DNA of 64,000 bases from Gemmatimonadales bacterium (GTDB lineage: Bacteria > Gemmatimonadota > Gemmatimonadetes > Longimicrobiales > Gaopeijiaceae), in NCBI GenBank assembly GCA_050485885.1, contig JBJHCG010000005.1, positions 81,635-145,634 of the forward strand, read 5' to 3'. How positions within the stretch are numbered: position 1 is the first letter of the stretch; the number at the start of each line of letters is the position of its first letter. A program made the position numbers and the translations under genes. Of this stretch, positions 1 to 9,332 are shown piece by piece. The notes below the pieces were generated by a model that was not told the origin of the DNA, did not search any database, and saw nothing but the letters and a program-made list of their open reading frames with translations.

Positions 1-1820
1 CCTATCACGATGTGCGGGACGACGTGGCCGGCCCGACGGACCCGGACCGCTTCGCGGTGTCCACGGAGCGCCTCGTCGAGCACTTCGAGTGGATGCGCCT
101 GGAAGGACTCACCCCCGTGGGGCTCGAGGAGCTTCTGGCCGCCCACGAAGGGCGCGGCAGCCTCCCTGACCACCCCGTTCTCCTCGTCTTCGACGATGGT
201 CTCCGGAGCGTGTACACGCGGGTCTTCCCCCTCCTCGAGCTCTACCAGTACCCGGCGGTGGTGGCCGTGGTCGGTTCCTGGCTCGACGCGCCTGAAGGAT
301 GGACGCTGGACTACGACGGGCTGGGCGAGGTCGGTCGGGACGCCTTCGTCTCGTGGGACGAGCTGCGCGAAATGCAGGCCTCGGGACTCGTGGAGGTCGC
401 CACCCACACCTGGGACCTCCACCGGGGGGTGCAGGGAAACCCCTTCGGCAACGAACAACCTGCGGCCGTGACCCGGATCTTCGATCCTGCCACCGGCGGT
501 TACGAGTCGGCGGCGGCGTACGAGGCCCGGATCCGCGACGATCTGAGCCGGGCCTCCCGGCGGATCGCCGAGGAACTGGGGCGCCCGCCCCGGGCCGTGA
601 TCTGGCCCTTCGGAGAGTACAGCGCGCTTTCCGAGTCGGTGGCCCGCGAACTCGGCATGCCCATTTCCATGGGGCTCCGGCCGGGGGCACAACCGGTGGA
701 TCGCCTCGACGGCATGCGCCGCTTCGTCCTCGTGGGGAACCCGCTGGTGGAGGACCTCGCCTGGTTCGTCCGCCGCTCCGCCACCGCCGTCTCCCCCATC
801 CGGGTGGTGCACGTGGACCTGGACTATGTCCATGACGAGGATCCGGCCCAGGTCGAGCGGAACCTGGATGCCCTCGTGGAGCGGATGGCGCAGCTGCGCC
901 CCACCCACGTCTACCTCCAGGCCTTTGCCGACCCCGAAGGGGATGGCACGGCGCGGGCCCTCTACTTTCCGAATCGGCATCTCCCGGTGCGGGGTGACCT
1001 CTTCAACCGGGTGGCCTGGCAGCTCCGCACCCGGGCCGGGGTCCAGGTGTTCGCATGGATGCCGCTTCTGGCCTTCGACCTGGGGGATGAGGCCCGAAAC
1101 GACGCCCTTTCCGTGAAGCGGTGGGTGGGGGGGACGGCCGTTCCCAGCCGCCCGGACTACTGGCGCCTCTCTCCCTGGATCCCCGAGGCCCGGGAGATCA
1201 TCCGCGAGATCTTCCAGGACCTGGCCGCCCACGCGGCCTTCGACGGCATCCTCTTCCATGACGATGCCTACCTGAACGACCGGGAAGACGCCTCGGCCTT
1301 CCCCGACGAGCCTGGCCGGCTCCCGGATCGGGAGACCCGGACCGACGCCCTCCTCCAGCTCACCGGTGAGATGATGGCCGAGGTCAGGCGCTTCCGGCCG
1401 GCCGCCCAGTCGGCCCGGAATCTCTATGCCCGGGTGGTGCTCGAGCCCGAGTCCGAGGACTGGTTCTCCCAGAACTTCGCCCGGTCGCTTGCGCACTACG
1501 ACCAGACCGCGGTCATGGCCATGCCCTACATGGAAGAGGCCCGGAACGCCCAGCGCTGGCTGAACCAGCTCACCGACCGCGTGGCAGACGTCCCCGGGGG
1601 ACTCGAAGGCACGGTGTTCGAGCTCCAGAGCGTGGACTGGCGAACCGGACGTCCCCTCGCTGCCGGGGAGATCGCTTCGTGGATGCGAGAACTCGAGCGA
1701 AGGGGCGCCATTCACTTCGGATACTACCCCGATGACTTCATCCGCGGGCTCCCGGATCTCGAAACGATCCGGGAGGCCCTCTCGGTGGAGCGGGATCCGG
1801 GTGCATGGAGGGACCGATGA
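1..1820 (+). CDS. pgaB: poly-beta-1,6-N-acetyl-D-glucosamine N-deacetylase PgaB; 5'-partial, ORF frame enters from window edge
   Basis: The 602-aa ORF 12..1820 has no signal peptide at its N-terminus and starts at a GTG at the window edge, so the true start is upstream. The N-terminal half resembles a CE4 polysaccharide deacetylase (LVFDDGLRSVY..., HTWDLH). The C-terminal half resembles the GH153-like PgaB domain. Its stop overlaps the pgaC start. Confidence 0.8.
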   Translation, partial: YHDVRDDVAGPTDPDRFAVSTERLVEHFEWMRLEGLTPVGLEELLAAHEGRGSLPDHPVLLVFDDGLRSVYTRVFPLLELYQYPAVVAVVGSWLDAPEGWTLDYDGLGEVGRDAFVSWDELREMQASGLVEVATHTWDLHRGVQGNPFGNEQPAAVTRIFDPATGGYESAAAYEARIRDDLSRASRRIAEELGRPPRAVIWPFGEYSALSESVARELGMPISMGLRPGAQPVDRLDGMRRFVLVGNPLVEDLAWFVRRSATAVSPIRVVHVDLDYVHDEDPAQVERNLDALVERMAQLRPTHVYLQAFADPEGDGTARALYFPNRHLPVRGDLFNRVAWQLRTRAGVQVFAWMPLLAFDLGDEARNDALSVKRWVGGTAVPSRPDYWRLSPWIPEAREIIREIFQDLAAHAAFDGILFHDDAYLNDREDASAFPDEPGRLPDRETRTDALLQLTGEMMAEVRRFRPAAQSARNLYARVVLEPESEDWFSQNFARSLAHYDQTAVMAMPYMEEARNAQRWLNQLTDRVADVPGGLEGTVFELQSVDWRTGRPLAAGEIASWMRELERRGAIHFGYYPDDFIRGLPDLETIREALSVERDPGAWRDR

Positions 1821-3097
1821 ACGGCGTCTTCGACGTACTCCGGTTCTCGAGTCCGGCGCTGGACTTCGTCTTCTATTATCCCCTCTTCATGGCCTACCTC
1901 TGGATGATCGGGGGGATCTACTACTACCTCCACCGGGAGCGGAAGGAAACGCATGCGGTGGACGATCCCCCCCCGCTGGAGGAGGCGCCCTTCGTCTCGA
2001 TTCTCATTCCCTGCTTCAACGAGGAGGAGAACGTTCGGGAGACGGTGGCCTGGGCCCATGCCCAGGTCTACCCGGACTTCGAGGTCCTGGCCATCAACGA
2101 CGGAAGCACCGACCGGACCGGGGAGATCCTCGACGAGCTCACGGCCATCTACCCGCGGCTGCGTGTGCTCCATCATGCACGGAACCAGGGCAAGGCGCTC
2201 GGGCTCCGCATGGGCGCCCTGGCGGCGCGAGGCGAGGTCCTCGTCTGCATCGATGGAGACGCCCTCCTTGACCCCCACGCCACCCACTGGATCGCCCGGC
2301 ACTTCGTGGAGGGTCCCCGAGTCGGGGCCGTGACCGGAAACCCCCGGGTCCGCACCCGGTCGACCCTCCTCGGAAAGCTCCAGGTGGGAGAGTTCTCCGC
2401 CATCATCGGGCTTATCAAGCGCACCCAGCGAATCTACGGGCGGGTCTTCACGGTGAGCGGGGTCGTGACCGGGGTCCGGAAGTCGGCCGTGCACCAGATC
2501 GGGTACTGGACGCCCGACATGGTCACGGAAGACATCGACCTGAGCTGGAGGCTCCAGCGGGACCACTGGGACGTCCGTTTCGAACCCCGTGCCCTCTGCT
2601 GGATCCTCATGCCAGAGACGCTGCGGGGGCTCTGGAAACAGCGCCTCCGCTGGGCCCAGGGTGGGGTGGAGGTGCTGCTCCGCTACGGCACGAGCCTCCT
2701 GAGCTGGCGTCGCCGGCGCATGTGGGGCGTCCTCTTCGAGCACATGCTCTCCATTGTCTGGGCCCACCTCATGTTCCTCACCATCGTCCTCTGGGCGGTG
2801 GGACTCGTCTGGCCTCTCCCCGAAGCCATCGCTGTGCCCTCCATTCTTCCCGAGTGGTACGGGGTGATTCTGGGCTTCACCTGCCTCCTCCAGTTCGCCG
2901 TGAGCCTGACCATCGACGGACGCTACGAGGGCGGGATGGGCCGCTACTACTACTGGATGGTCTGGTATCCCCTGGCCTTCTGGCTCATCAACATGCTCAC
3001 GACGGTGGCCGCCGTGCCCCGAGCCCTGCTCAAGCGGCGGGGCACGCGGGCCGTCTGGGTCAGCCCGGATCGGGGCCTCAGGAGCACCTCTCCATGA
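1805..3097 (+). CDS. pgaC: poly-beta-1,6-N-acetylglucosamine synthase PgaC (GT2 glycosyltransferase)
   Basis: There is near-colinear similarity to E. coli PgaC that I recall, including ILIPCFNEE, AINDGSTD, CIDGDALLD, GAVTGNPRVRTRSTLLGK and QRLRWAQGG. Multiple TM segments are present. ATG 1805 lies just before the pgaB stop. Confidence 0.9.
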   Translation: MEGPMNGVFDVLRFSSPALDFVFYYPLFMAYLWMIGGIYYYLHRERKETHAVDDPPPLEEAPFVSILIPCFNEEENVRETVAWAHAQVYPDFEVLAINDGSTDRTGEILDELTAIYPRLRVLHHARNQGKALGLRMGALAARGEVLVCIDGDALLDPHATHWIARHFVEGPRVGAVTGNPRVRTRSTLLGKLQVGEFSAIIGLIKRTQRIYGRVFTVSGVVTGVRKSAVHQIGYWTPDMVTEDIDLSWRLQRDHWDVRFEPRALCWILMPETLRGLWKQRLRWAQGGVEVLLRYGTSLLSWRRRRMWGVLFEHMLSIVWAHLMFLTIVLWAVGLVWPLPEAIAVPSILPEWYGVILGFTCLLQFAVSLTIDGRYEGGMGRYYYWMVWYPLAFWLINMLTTVAAVPRALLKRRGTRAVWVSPDRGLRSTSP

Positions 3098-3603
3098 TTC
3101 CTCCCATCGAGCCCATTCCCCTCGATCGCAGCACCCTCATCATTGACCGCCCGAGCCTCCAGGGGCGGACCCAGCGGGCCTTCTGGGGTGGGGTCACTGC
3201 CCTGGCCTGGTTCGTCTGGGCCTACCTCTGGCTCCCCCTGGTAACCCTCGTGGCCTGGTTCCTCGGGGCCCGGGCCTTCGTGCGGGAGGCCCTCCTTCCG
3301 GACCGGATGACCTTCCTCACCTCGGGTCTCCTCTACCTCGTCGTGGTCCTCTGCCTTGCCGTTCTCCTCGTGGGGTGGTCCCGCTACAACCTCCACCGCT
3401 TCGGAGGCGAGGATCGGCGGAAGGCAGCTCCCCCCGTGCCCAGGGAGGCCGTGATGGCGGCCTTCGGCATCGATGCCCCGGCACTGGACCGCCTGCACGG
3501 GGAGCGCCGGATTCGTCTTCACCACGGGGATGAAGGGGAACTGGTGGGGGTGGAGGGGTCGGAAGACATGGAGAGACTCACGGCCGACACCTCGGCCGCC
3601 TGA
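3094..3603 (+). CDS. pgaD: PGA biosynthesis protein PgaD-like small membrane protein
   Basis: The ATG at 3094 overlaps the pgaC stop in an ATGA junction. The product is about 170 aa with two TM helices after a short N-terminus, in the position and with the topology expected for PgaD. It is longer than enterobacterial PgaD. Confidence 0.65.
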   Translation: MIPPIEPIPLDRSTLIIDRPSLQGRTQRAFWGGVTALAWFVWAYLWLPLVTLVAWFLGARAFVREALLPDRMTFLTSGLLYLVVVLCLAVLLVGWSRYNLHRFGGEDRRKAAPPVPREAVMAAFGIDAPALDRLHGERRIRLHHGDEGELVGVEGSEDMERLTADTSAA

Positions 3604-3650
3604 GCGGGGGCTCCGACAGGAGCTCGGCGCTTCGCGGGGGCTCGACCGCT

Positions 3651-5459
3651 TCAGTCCCCCGTCGGTCCCCCTGGAGGGAGCGGCTCCCCTGCCCTCCACC
3701 CTGCGGCGCGAAGGGCGGCCACCCGGGCCAGGACCCGCTCCCGGGAGGCCAGGCCATGAATGGGGAGGACGAGAAGGTCCCCGGGGCGCGCCCACCGCAG
3801 GGCCTCCTCCACCGCCGCATGCTCGTCCAGGCAGGTGTGCACCTGGTGGGGACCGGCGCCCAGGGCGACAAGTTCCCCGGCCAGGATCCCCGGGACCTCC
3901 CCCGACTGGCGCCCCCGGTCGTACCCGGCCAGCTCGCGCAGGAGAATGCGATCGGGACGGGCCGCCCAGGCCGCCCGTGCCAGGGCCCGAATGGCCTCGT
4001 CTTCCCGGTCGCCGGCCTGCCCCAGTAGGAGGAGGAGCCGCCCGGAAGGGGGAGCGCCAGGTGAAGGAGGGGGGGGAGCGGGCGAACCAGGGGGCAGGCC
4101 TGACCCGGGGCCGGCGTGCGTGGCGGGGGGCCGGGCGCCCTCCCGGGCCGCCGCGGCCACCTCCATCAGGGCGGTGAGGCCGGCCGGGTTATGGGCGTAG
4201 TCGAAGAGGAGAGTGATCCCTCCGACCTCCTCGCGAACGAGTCGGCCGGGGTTGTCCTCCGGGCGGGCGCCGAAACGGAGGAGGGTCCGGGCGATCCCGA
4301 CCTCGGGGACCCCCAGCGCCCGGGCGGCCAGGGCCGCGGCCAGGGCATTCGCGGCATTGTAGCGGGCTGCGCCCCCTGCAGTGAGAGGGAGGGCCTCGGC
4401 CGGGGGAAGCCAGGCGGGCCAGGGGCGCGCCAGGGAGAAGCGGAGAACACGGATCGGCGGCGGGGCCCTGTCCCCCCCCGATCTGGTCCCTCCCCGGTTG
4501 CCTCCCGCGGGGCTTTCGTCCTTCGCGCGGTCCCCCTCGTGGCTCAATCGGACGCAGGGAGGCGGGTCCGGATCGTCGGGACCCGCGGGCGAGAGGTGGG
4601 GGTCGTCGCCATTCAGAATCAGGACCCCGCCCGGCCCGAGCGCACGGGCCACGAGACCCTTGACCCGGGCCAGCGCCTCTTCCGAGTCCACCCCGTACTC
4701 GCCGAAGTGGTCTTCCGAAATGTTCGTGATCAGGGCCACATCGGCGCGGGGCACCACGAGCCCCCGGCGAAGGAGGCCCCCCCGGGCCGTTTCGAGGACC
4801 GCCGCGGTCACCTCCGGCGCTCCAAGGACCCGCGCCGCCCCCAGGGGACCACTCCAGTCGCCCCGCTCCACGAACACCCCGCCCACCTTCACCCCGTCGG
4901 TGGAGGTGAAGCCCACGGTGTGGCCATGGTCCTCGAGAATCGCCGCAAGGAGCCGGGTCGTGGTGGTCTTTCCGTTCGAGCCGGTGACGAGGGCCACGAG
5001 AACGCTCTCGCGGGGCTCGATCCGGTGGGGGTCGGGAGGCTCGGCGGCCTCGGTCTCGATTCGGCGCGAGAGCTCGACCCGTGCTGCATCCTCCCCGAGG
5101 GGAAGGGCCTCTTCGTCCAGGGATGCCGGGTCGAAGGGGGCGCCCACCGCGTCGGCGGCAGTCCGGGCGGCCCACTCGGCCAGGTGGGTGGCCGAGAGAA
5201 GGAGGTGCACCGGCGCCCGAACCCCCAGAATCGTGCCGCTCGCGTGGCGGGTCGCAGTGAGCGGGCCGGGGGCTGCCTCGGACCACCCCAGGGCCCCGCG
5301 CATCGCCTCGACCCGCGCCTGCCACGCCTCGAGAAACGCCGCATCGTGGCCGTGGGGGAGGGGCACATCGAGGACCGCCCCCGGACCGTCGAGCCAGGGG
5401 GTGGGCCCGAACACCCGGCGGGAGTCGGTGAAGAGGGGGGGCGGCGGTACGCCGATCAC
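3651..5459 (-). CDS. cphA': cyanophycin synthetase-like Mur-ligase-domain protein (CphA'-type, lacks ATP-grasp domain)
   Basis: The protein has a Mur ligase P-loop (TGSNGKTTTTRLL) and a core colinear with the C-terminal half of the adjacent CphA. There is no ATP-grasp region. A GTG start lies 3 nt after the cphA stop. Two Pro/Gly-rich low-complexity insertions interrupt the ligase core. Confidence 0.75.
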   Translation of the reverse strand: MIGVPPPPLFTDSRRVFGPTPWLDGPGAVLDVPLPHGHDAAFLEAWQARVEAMRGALGWSEAAPGPLTATRHASGTILGVRAPVHLLLSATHLAEWAARTAADAVGAPFDPASLDEEALPLGEDAARVELSRRIETEAAEPPDPHRIEPRESVLVALVTGSNGKTTTTRLLAAILEDHGHTVGFTSTDGVKVGGVFVERGDWSGPLGAARVLGAPEVTAAVLETARGGLLRRGLVVPRADVALITNISEDHFGEYGVDSEEALARVKGLVARALGPGGVLILNGDDPHLSPAGPDDPDPPPCVRLSHEGDRAKDESPAGGNRGGTRSGGDRAPPPIRVLRFSLARPWPAWLPPAEALPLTAGGAARYNAANALAAALAARALGVPEVGIARTLLRFGARPEDNPGRLVREEVGGITLLFDYAHNPAGLTALMEVAAAAREGARPPATHAGPGSGLPPGSPAPPPPSPGAPPSGRLLLLLGQAGDREDEAIRALARAAWAARPDRILLRELAGYDRGRQSGEVPGILAGELVALGAGPHQVHTCLDEHAAVEEALRWARPGDLLVLPIHGLASRERVLARVAALRAAGWRAGEPLPPGGPTGD

Positions 5460-5461
5460 GC

Positions 5462-8422
5462 TCAGTCGTCGCTCTCCCGGGCGAGGCGCACCCCCCGCTC
5501 ATCCCGGATGAGGGTGCCGAACTCGGCGAACGACCCCTCACGCTCGGGGGAGGATGCCGGAGCGGATGCAGCGGCGGCGGCCTCGGGCGCTGGCCCGGCG
5601 GGCGGTCCGGGCGCGGTGAGCGCGTTCACCGCAGGCGCTTCCTCCCCGTCCGGTCTCTTGGCCAGGGTCTCCGTCTCGCGCGAGGCAGCCACGCGGGTGT
5701 CCGCATCGACCCCATCCCCCATCGGGGTGCCCGGCTGTTCGACGCCCCCGGTGGCAGCGGCCGGGACGGCGGCGGGCGCGGCCCCGAACGAGATGACCTG
5801 CTTCCATGAGCGGGTGATCTCGTCCACGAAGATCAGGAGAAGGTCACCGGGCTCGGCCATCCGGAGCCCCGCCTCCACCGCCTCCTCCTCGTCGGGGATG
5901 ATCGTGATGCGATCGCCCGGGACCCCGTGCTCCCGGAGGGCAGCGGCAATGATCCGGGGCACCTCGTCGGGGGCACGTCCGCGGAGGCCGTCATCCCGGC
6001 GGCAGATGTAGTGGTCGAAGCGCCCCGCGGCCACCCGGGCCACCTCCCGGAGGTCCTCGTCCCGGCGATCGCCCGGGCCCGCCAGCACCACGAGCCTCCG
6101 CCCCGTCACATCGAGGTTCGTGGCCAGGGTGCACATGGCCTCGACGGCGTGGGCATTGTGCCCGTAGTCCACGATGACCTTGAAGGGATGCTCGTCGAAG
6201 ACGTTCGCCCGCCCCGGAGCCTGAAAGAAGGTGGTGTCGAAGGTCCGGAGTCCCTGGCGGATCGTGTCGAGCTTGAAGCCCATGGAATAGGCCATGGCCG
6301 CCGCGAACATGGCGTTGTTCACATTGTGCCGGGCCCGCCCCTCCATGGTGGCCGGAATGAGGTGCGTCCAGAGCAGGGGGATGTGCGCTCCCCGGTCGTA
6401 GATCGTGATCATATGCCCGTTCACCCCGTTCTCGAGCGACACGGCGCGCCCCTCGGCGCGCACGTGCTCCCGGACCAGGGCGTGCTCCGGGTTCATCGTG
6501 ACGTAGCAGAGGTTCTTCGCCTCGGTCCACGACGCCATGCGAAGCACGAGCGGATCATCGGCATTGAGTACCGCGGTGTCCCGGGCCACCTCGACGATGA
6601 TCCGCTTCACCTCGGAGAGCGCCTCCACTGTCTCGATCCCCCGCATCCCCAGATGATCGGGCTGGACGTTCAGGACGGCGCCCACATCCACGTACCGGGT
6701 CCCCATCCCGGCCCGGAGGAGCCCCCCCCGGGCGATCTCCAGCACCGCCACATCGATGGTGGGGTCACCGAGGACGATCCGGGTGGCCACCGGCCCGGTC
6801 ATGTCGCCGGCCACCGTGCGCTGTCCATCGATGTAGACCCCGTCGGTGGTGGTGAGCCCCGGCGTCATCCCCCCCATCTTGCAGATGTGGGCGAGCATGC
6901 GGGCGGTGGTGGTCTTTCCGTTCGTGCCTGTCACTGCGGCAATGGGCACCGTGGCCGGCGTCCCCGGGGGGAAGAGCATGTCGATGACAGGCCCCGCCAC
7001 ATCGCGGGGCCGCCCCTCGCTGGGTGCACTGTGCATGCGGAAACCGGGGGCGGCATTCACCTCGCAGATCGCCCCCCCGGCCTCCTTCCAGGACCGGGTG
7101 ATGTCGCGGGTAAGGAAGTCCACGCCCCCCACGTCCAGACCGATGGCCTTGATGGCCCGCACCGCCATGTCGGCGTTGTCGGGGTGGATCACGTCGGTCA
7201 CGTCGGTGGCCGTCCCTCCGGTGGAGAGGTTTCCGGTGGAGCGGAGGTAGACGATCTCCCCCTCCGGAGGAATCGTCTCGGCCGTGTACCCCAGGATCTC
7301 CAGGAGCCGATGCGCCTGGTGATCCAGCTCCAGGCGGGTCAGCACCTTCTCGTGCCCCACCCCCCGACGCGGGTCGGCATTCACGATCTCCACGAGCTCA
7401 GCCACGGAGTGCACCCCGTCGCCCACCACGTGCCCGGGGGTGCGCTTCGTCGCGGCCACGAGTTCGCCATCCACCACCAGGAGCCGGTGGTCCTCTCCGG
7501 CAATCCAGCTCTCCACGATGACCGAGCGGGACACGGCCTGCGCCGCGTCGAAGGCGGCCCGCACCGCATCCTCCGAGGTGAGATGGATCGCCACGGCCCG
7601 CCCGTGGTTTCCATTGTAGGGCTTGACCACCACCGGGTAGCCGATGCGCCGCGCCGCCCGCGCCGCCCCCTCCTGGCTCTGCACGAGCTCCTGCCGGGGA
7701 ACGGGAAGGCCGAGCTGGTCCAGGATCCGGTTCGTCTCTTCCTTGTCGCCGGCAAGCTCCACGGCAATGTGGGGGGTGCGCCCGGTGACGGTGGCCTGGA
7801 TGCGCTGCTGGTGGCGGCCATGGCCAAGCTGGACGAGGGAGTAGTTGTTGAGACGCATCCAGGGAATGCCCCGGGCCTCGGCGGCGTGGACGAGGGATGC
7901 GGTGCTGGGCCCCAGCGCACGCCGCTGGGCAAAGCGGATGAAGGAGTCGCGCTCGTCCTCCAGCGCCCACCCTTCGGGGATGATCCCCTCGGGGCGGAGA
8001 TCCTCCGGGAGAAGCGATGCGAGTAAGCGAAGCGCCAGCTCCCCGGCCTCGATCCCCTCGTCCCGCTGCTCGTACTCGTAGACCACGTGGTAGACCCCGG
8101 GCTCCCCCGTGCCCCGGGTCTTTCCGAAGGTGACGGGGATCCCGGCGGCATTCTGGAGTTCGATGGCCACATGCTCGAGCACGTGCCCGAGCCAGGTCCC
8201 CTCGTCTTCGGTCATGCGCCGCACGAACCCCCCCGGCTCCCCGTAGGAGCACCCGTGCTCGTGGAGCCCGGGGAGCGCCGCCAGGAGGCCGGCCACGAAG
8301 GCGGGCCCCAGGCGCACGGTGGGCCATTCCTCGAGCGCTCCCAGATCCAGCGTGAGGCGGATGACCGGGAAGTGGGCGTAGAGCGAGGGCCCGACGTAGA
8401 CCGAGCGGTCGAGGATGCGCAT
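5462..8422 (-). CDS. cphA: cyanophycin synthetase CphA (ATP-grasp + Mur ligase)
   Basis: The N-terminus MRILDRSVYVGPSLY.PVIRLTLDLG matches the canonical CphA start. It has an ATP-grasp region and a second P-loop (TGTNGKTTTARML) in a Mur-ligase half. I chose the internal ATG at 8422 over the ORF-track start 8737, whose extension is low-complexity. Confidence 0.85.
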   Translation of the reverse strand: MRILDRSVYVGPSLYAHFPVIRLTLDLGALEEWPTVRLGPAFVAGLLAALPGLHEHGCSYGEPGGFVRRMTEDEGTWLGHVLEHVAIELQNAAGIPVTFGKTRGTGEPGVYHVVYEYEQRDEGIEAGELALRLLASLLPEDLRPEGIIPEGWALEDERDSFIRFAQRRALGPSTASLVHAAEARGIPWMRLNNYSLVQLGHGRHQQRIQATVTGRTPHIAVELAGDKEETNRILDQLGLPVPRQELVQSQEGAARAARRIGYPVVVKPYNGNHGRAVAIHLTSEDAVRAAFDAAQAVSRSVIVESWIAGEDHRLLVVDGELVAATKRTPGHVVGDGVHSVAELVEIVNADPRRGVGHEKVLTRLELDHQAHRLLEILGYTAETIPPEGEIVYLRSTGNLSTGGTATDVTDVIHPDNADMAVRAIKAIGLDVGGVDFLTRDITRSWKEAGGAICEVNAAPGFRMHSAPSEGRPRDVAGPVIDMLFPPGTPATVPIAAVTGTNGKTTTARMLAHICKMGGMTPGLTTTDGVYIDGQRTVAGDMTGPVATRIVLGDPTIDVAVLEIARGGLLRAGMGTRYVDVGAVLNVQPDHLGMRGIETVEALSEVKRIIVEVARDTAVLNADDPLVLRMASWTEAKNLCYVTMNPEHALVREHVRAEGRAVSLENGVNGHMITIYDRGAHIPLLWTHLIPATMEGRARHNVNNAMFAAAMAYSMGFKLDTIRQGLRTFDTTFFQAPGRANVFDEHPFKVIVDYGHNAHAVEAMCTLATNLDVTGRRLVVLAGPGDRRDEDLREVARVAAGRFDHYICRRDDGLRGRAPDEVPRIIAAALREHGVPGDRITIIPDEEEAVEAGLRMAEPGDLLLIFVDEITRSWKQVISFGAAPAAVPAAATGGVEQPGTPMGDGVDADTRVAASRETETLAKRPDGEEAPAVNALTAPGPPAGPAPEAAAAASAPASSPEREGSFAEFGTLIRDERGVRLARESDD

Positions 8423-8489
8423 GAATCGGGCTCCTGGGGGGTGAGGTGGGGATGCGAAGGGGCGGATCGGGCCGACCTTCGGGGGGCGG

Positions 8490-9332
8490 CTACCGCTTCC
8501 CGAGGGCGAGGGTCCCGGCCGACGCCTTCCGGGTGTGGAGGTTGAAGGTGGCCCCCTCGATGAGGACATGGAGAACCACCCCCAGCATGGACACGGGGTC
8601 CCTGGCGCTGGCCTGGTCCATGGAGGAGAAGGTGAGTCCGCCGGCATCCACCACGGTGAGAGTGCCGCTTCCCACCACCTCCACCGTCTTGTCGGGCCCG
8701 ATGAAGGCCGCCGTGTCCTCGTCGAGGCCGAGGCCAATGAGGAAGGGGTTGAAGGCCAGCGCCGTGAGGAGGCGCCCGAGCCGACCCCGCTGGGTGAAGT
8801 GCTGGTCGATGACCACCCGGTTCGTGAGGCCGAGCCCGGGGGCCAGCGTCACGGAGCCGGCCTGGGGCCGCCGGTTGTCATCGCCAAAGGCGATCATGTG
8901 CTCCGAGAGGAAGCTCGCCCCGGCGCTCGTCCCCGCCACATGCCCTCCCCGGGCATTCAGCTCCCGGAGGGCGCGGGCCATGTTCGTCCCCCCGATCCCG
9001 GTGGCGAGGCGCATCTGGTTTCCCCCGGTCAGGAAAACCCCGTCCGCCTCGAGGACGGAGGCGGCGCGCCCCTCCTCGTCGGCGTCGCGCCGGGTGTCGA
9101 AGTCCAGGACCTCCACCTCGTCCGCCCCGAGTTCCCGGAAGAGGGAGGCATATTCGGGGCCTGTCTCCTCGAGGCGCGAGGCGGTGGGGATGACCACGAG
9201 CCGCGAGCCCCTCCCGCCGCAGAGCTCGACGAAGCGCTCGAGGATCACCGGGTTGTGGATCTTCTCCTCGCCGCCCCCGATGGGAATGATCCACCCTCGC
9301 TCCCCTCCCTCGGGGGGACGCGGGGGGCTCAT
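8490..9332 (-). CDS. cphB: cyanophycinase CphB (peptidase S51)
   Basis: An IIPIGGGEEK-type N-terminus and the GGNQMRL and GTSAGAS motifs place it in the S51 / cyanophycinase family. No signal peptide is present, so it is the intracellular CphB type. The internal ATG at 9332 is preferred over the Gly-rich extension. Confidence 0.8.
   Translation of the reverse strand: MSPPRPPEGGERGWIIPIGGGEEKIHNPVILERFVELCGGRGSRLVVIPTASRLEETGPEYASLFRELGADEVEVLDFDTRRDADEEGRAASVLEADGVFLTGGNQMRLATGIGGTNMARALRELNARGGHVAGTSAGASFLSEHMIAFGDDNRRPQAGSVTLAPGLGLTNRVVIDQHFTQRGRLGRLLTALAFNPFLIGLGLDEDTAAFIGPDKTVEVVGSGTLTVVDAGGLTFSSMDQASARDPVSMLGVVLHVLIEGATFNLHTRKASAGTLALGKR

Noticed and set aside
109-835. ORFs 109..690 (-), 299..835 (+), 311..493 (-) and 500..799 (-) overlapping pgaB
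   Set aside because: The translations are Arg/Pro/Gly-rich and low-complexity. They lie antisense or out-of-frame to a well-conserved PgaB reading frame, so they are GC-rich frame artifacts.
1724-2767. 347-aa minus-strand ORF antisense to pgaC, and 179-aa / 126-aa plus-strand alternates
   Set aside because: The ORFs are fully embedded in the strongly conserved PgaC frame. Their translations are low-complexity and carry no motifs.
4116-6011. 631-aa plus-strand ORF, with 4189..5541 and 4381..5511 ORFs, overlapping cphA' and cphA
   Set aside because: The ORFs are antisense or off-frame to conserved Mur-ligase domains, and their translations are dominated by R/G/P/A runs.
5927-8026. 699-aa plus-strand ORF, and 7398..8327 / 7381..8172 minus ORFs, inside cphA
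   Set aside because: The cphA frame has canonical CphA motifs. The alternates are His/Gly/Pro/Arg-rich with no motifs.
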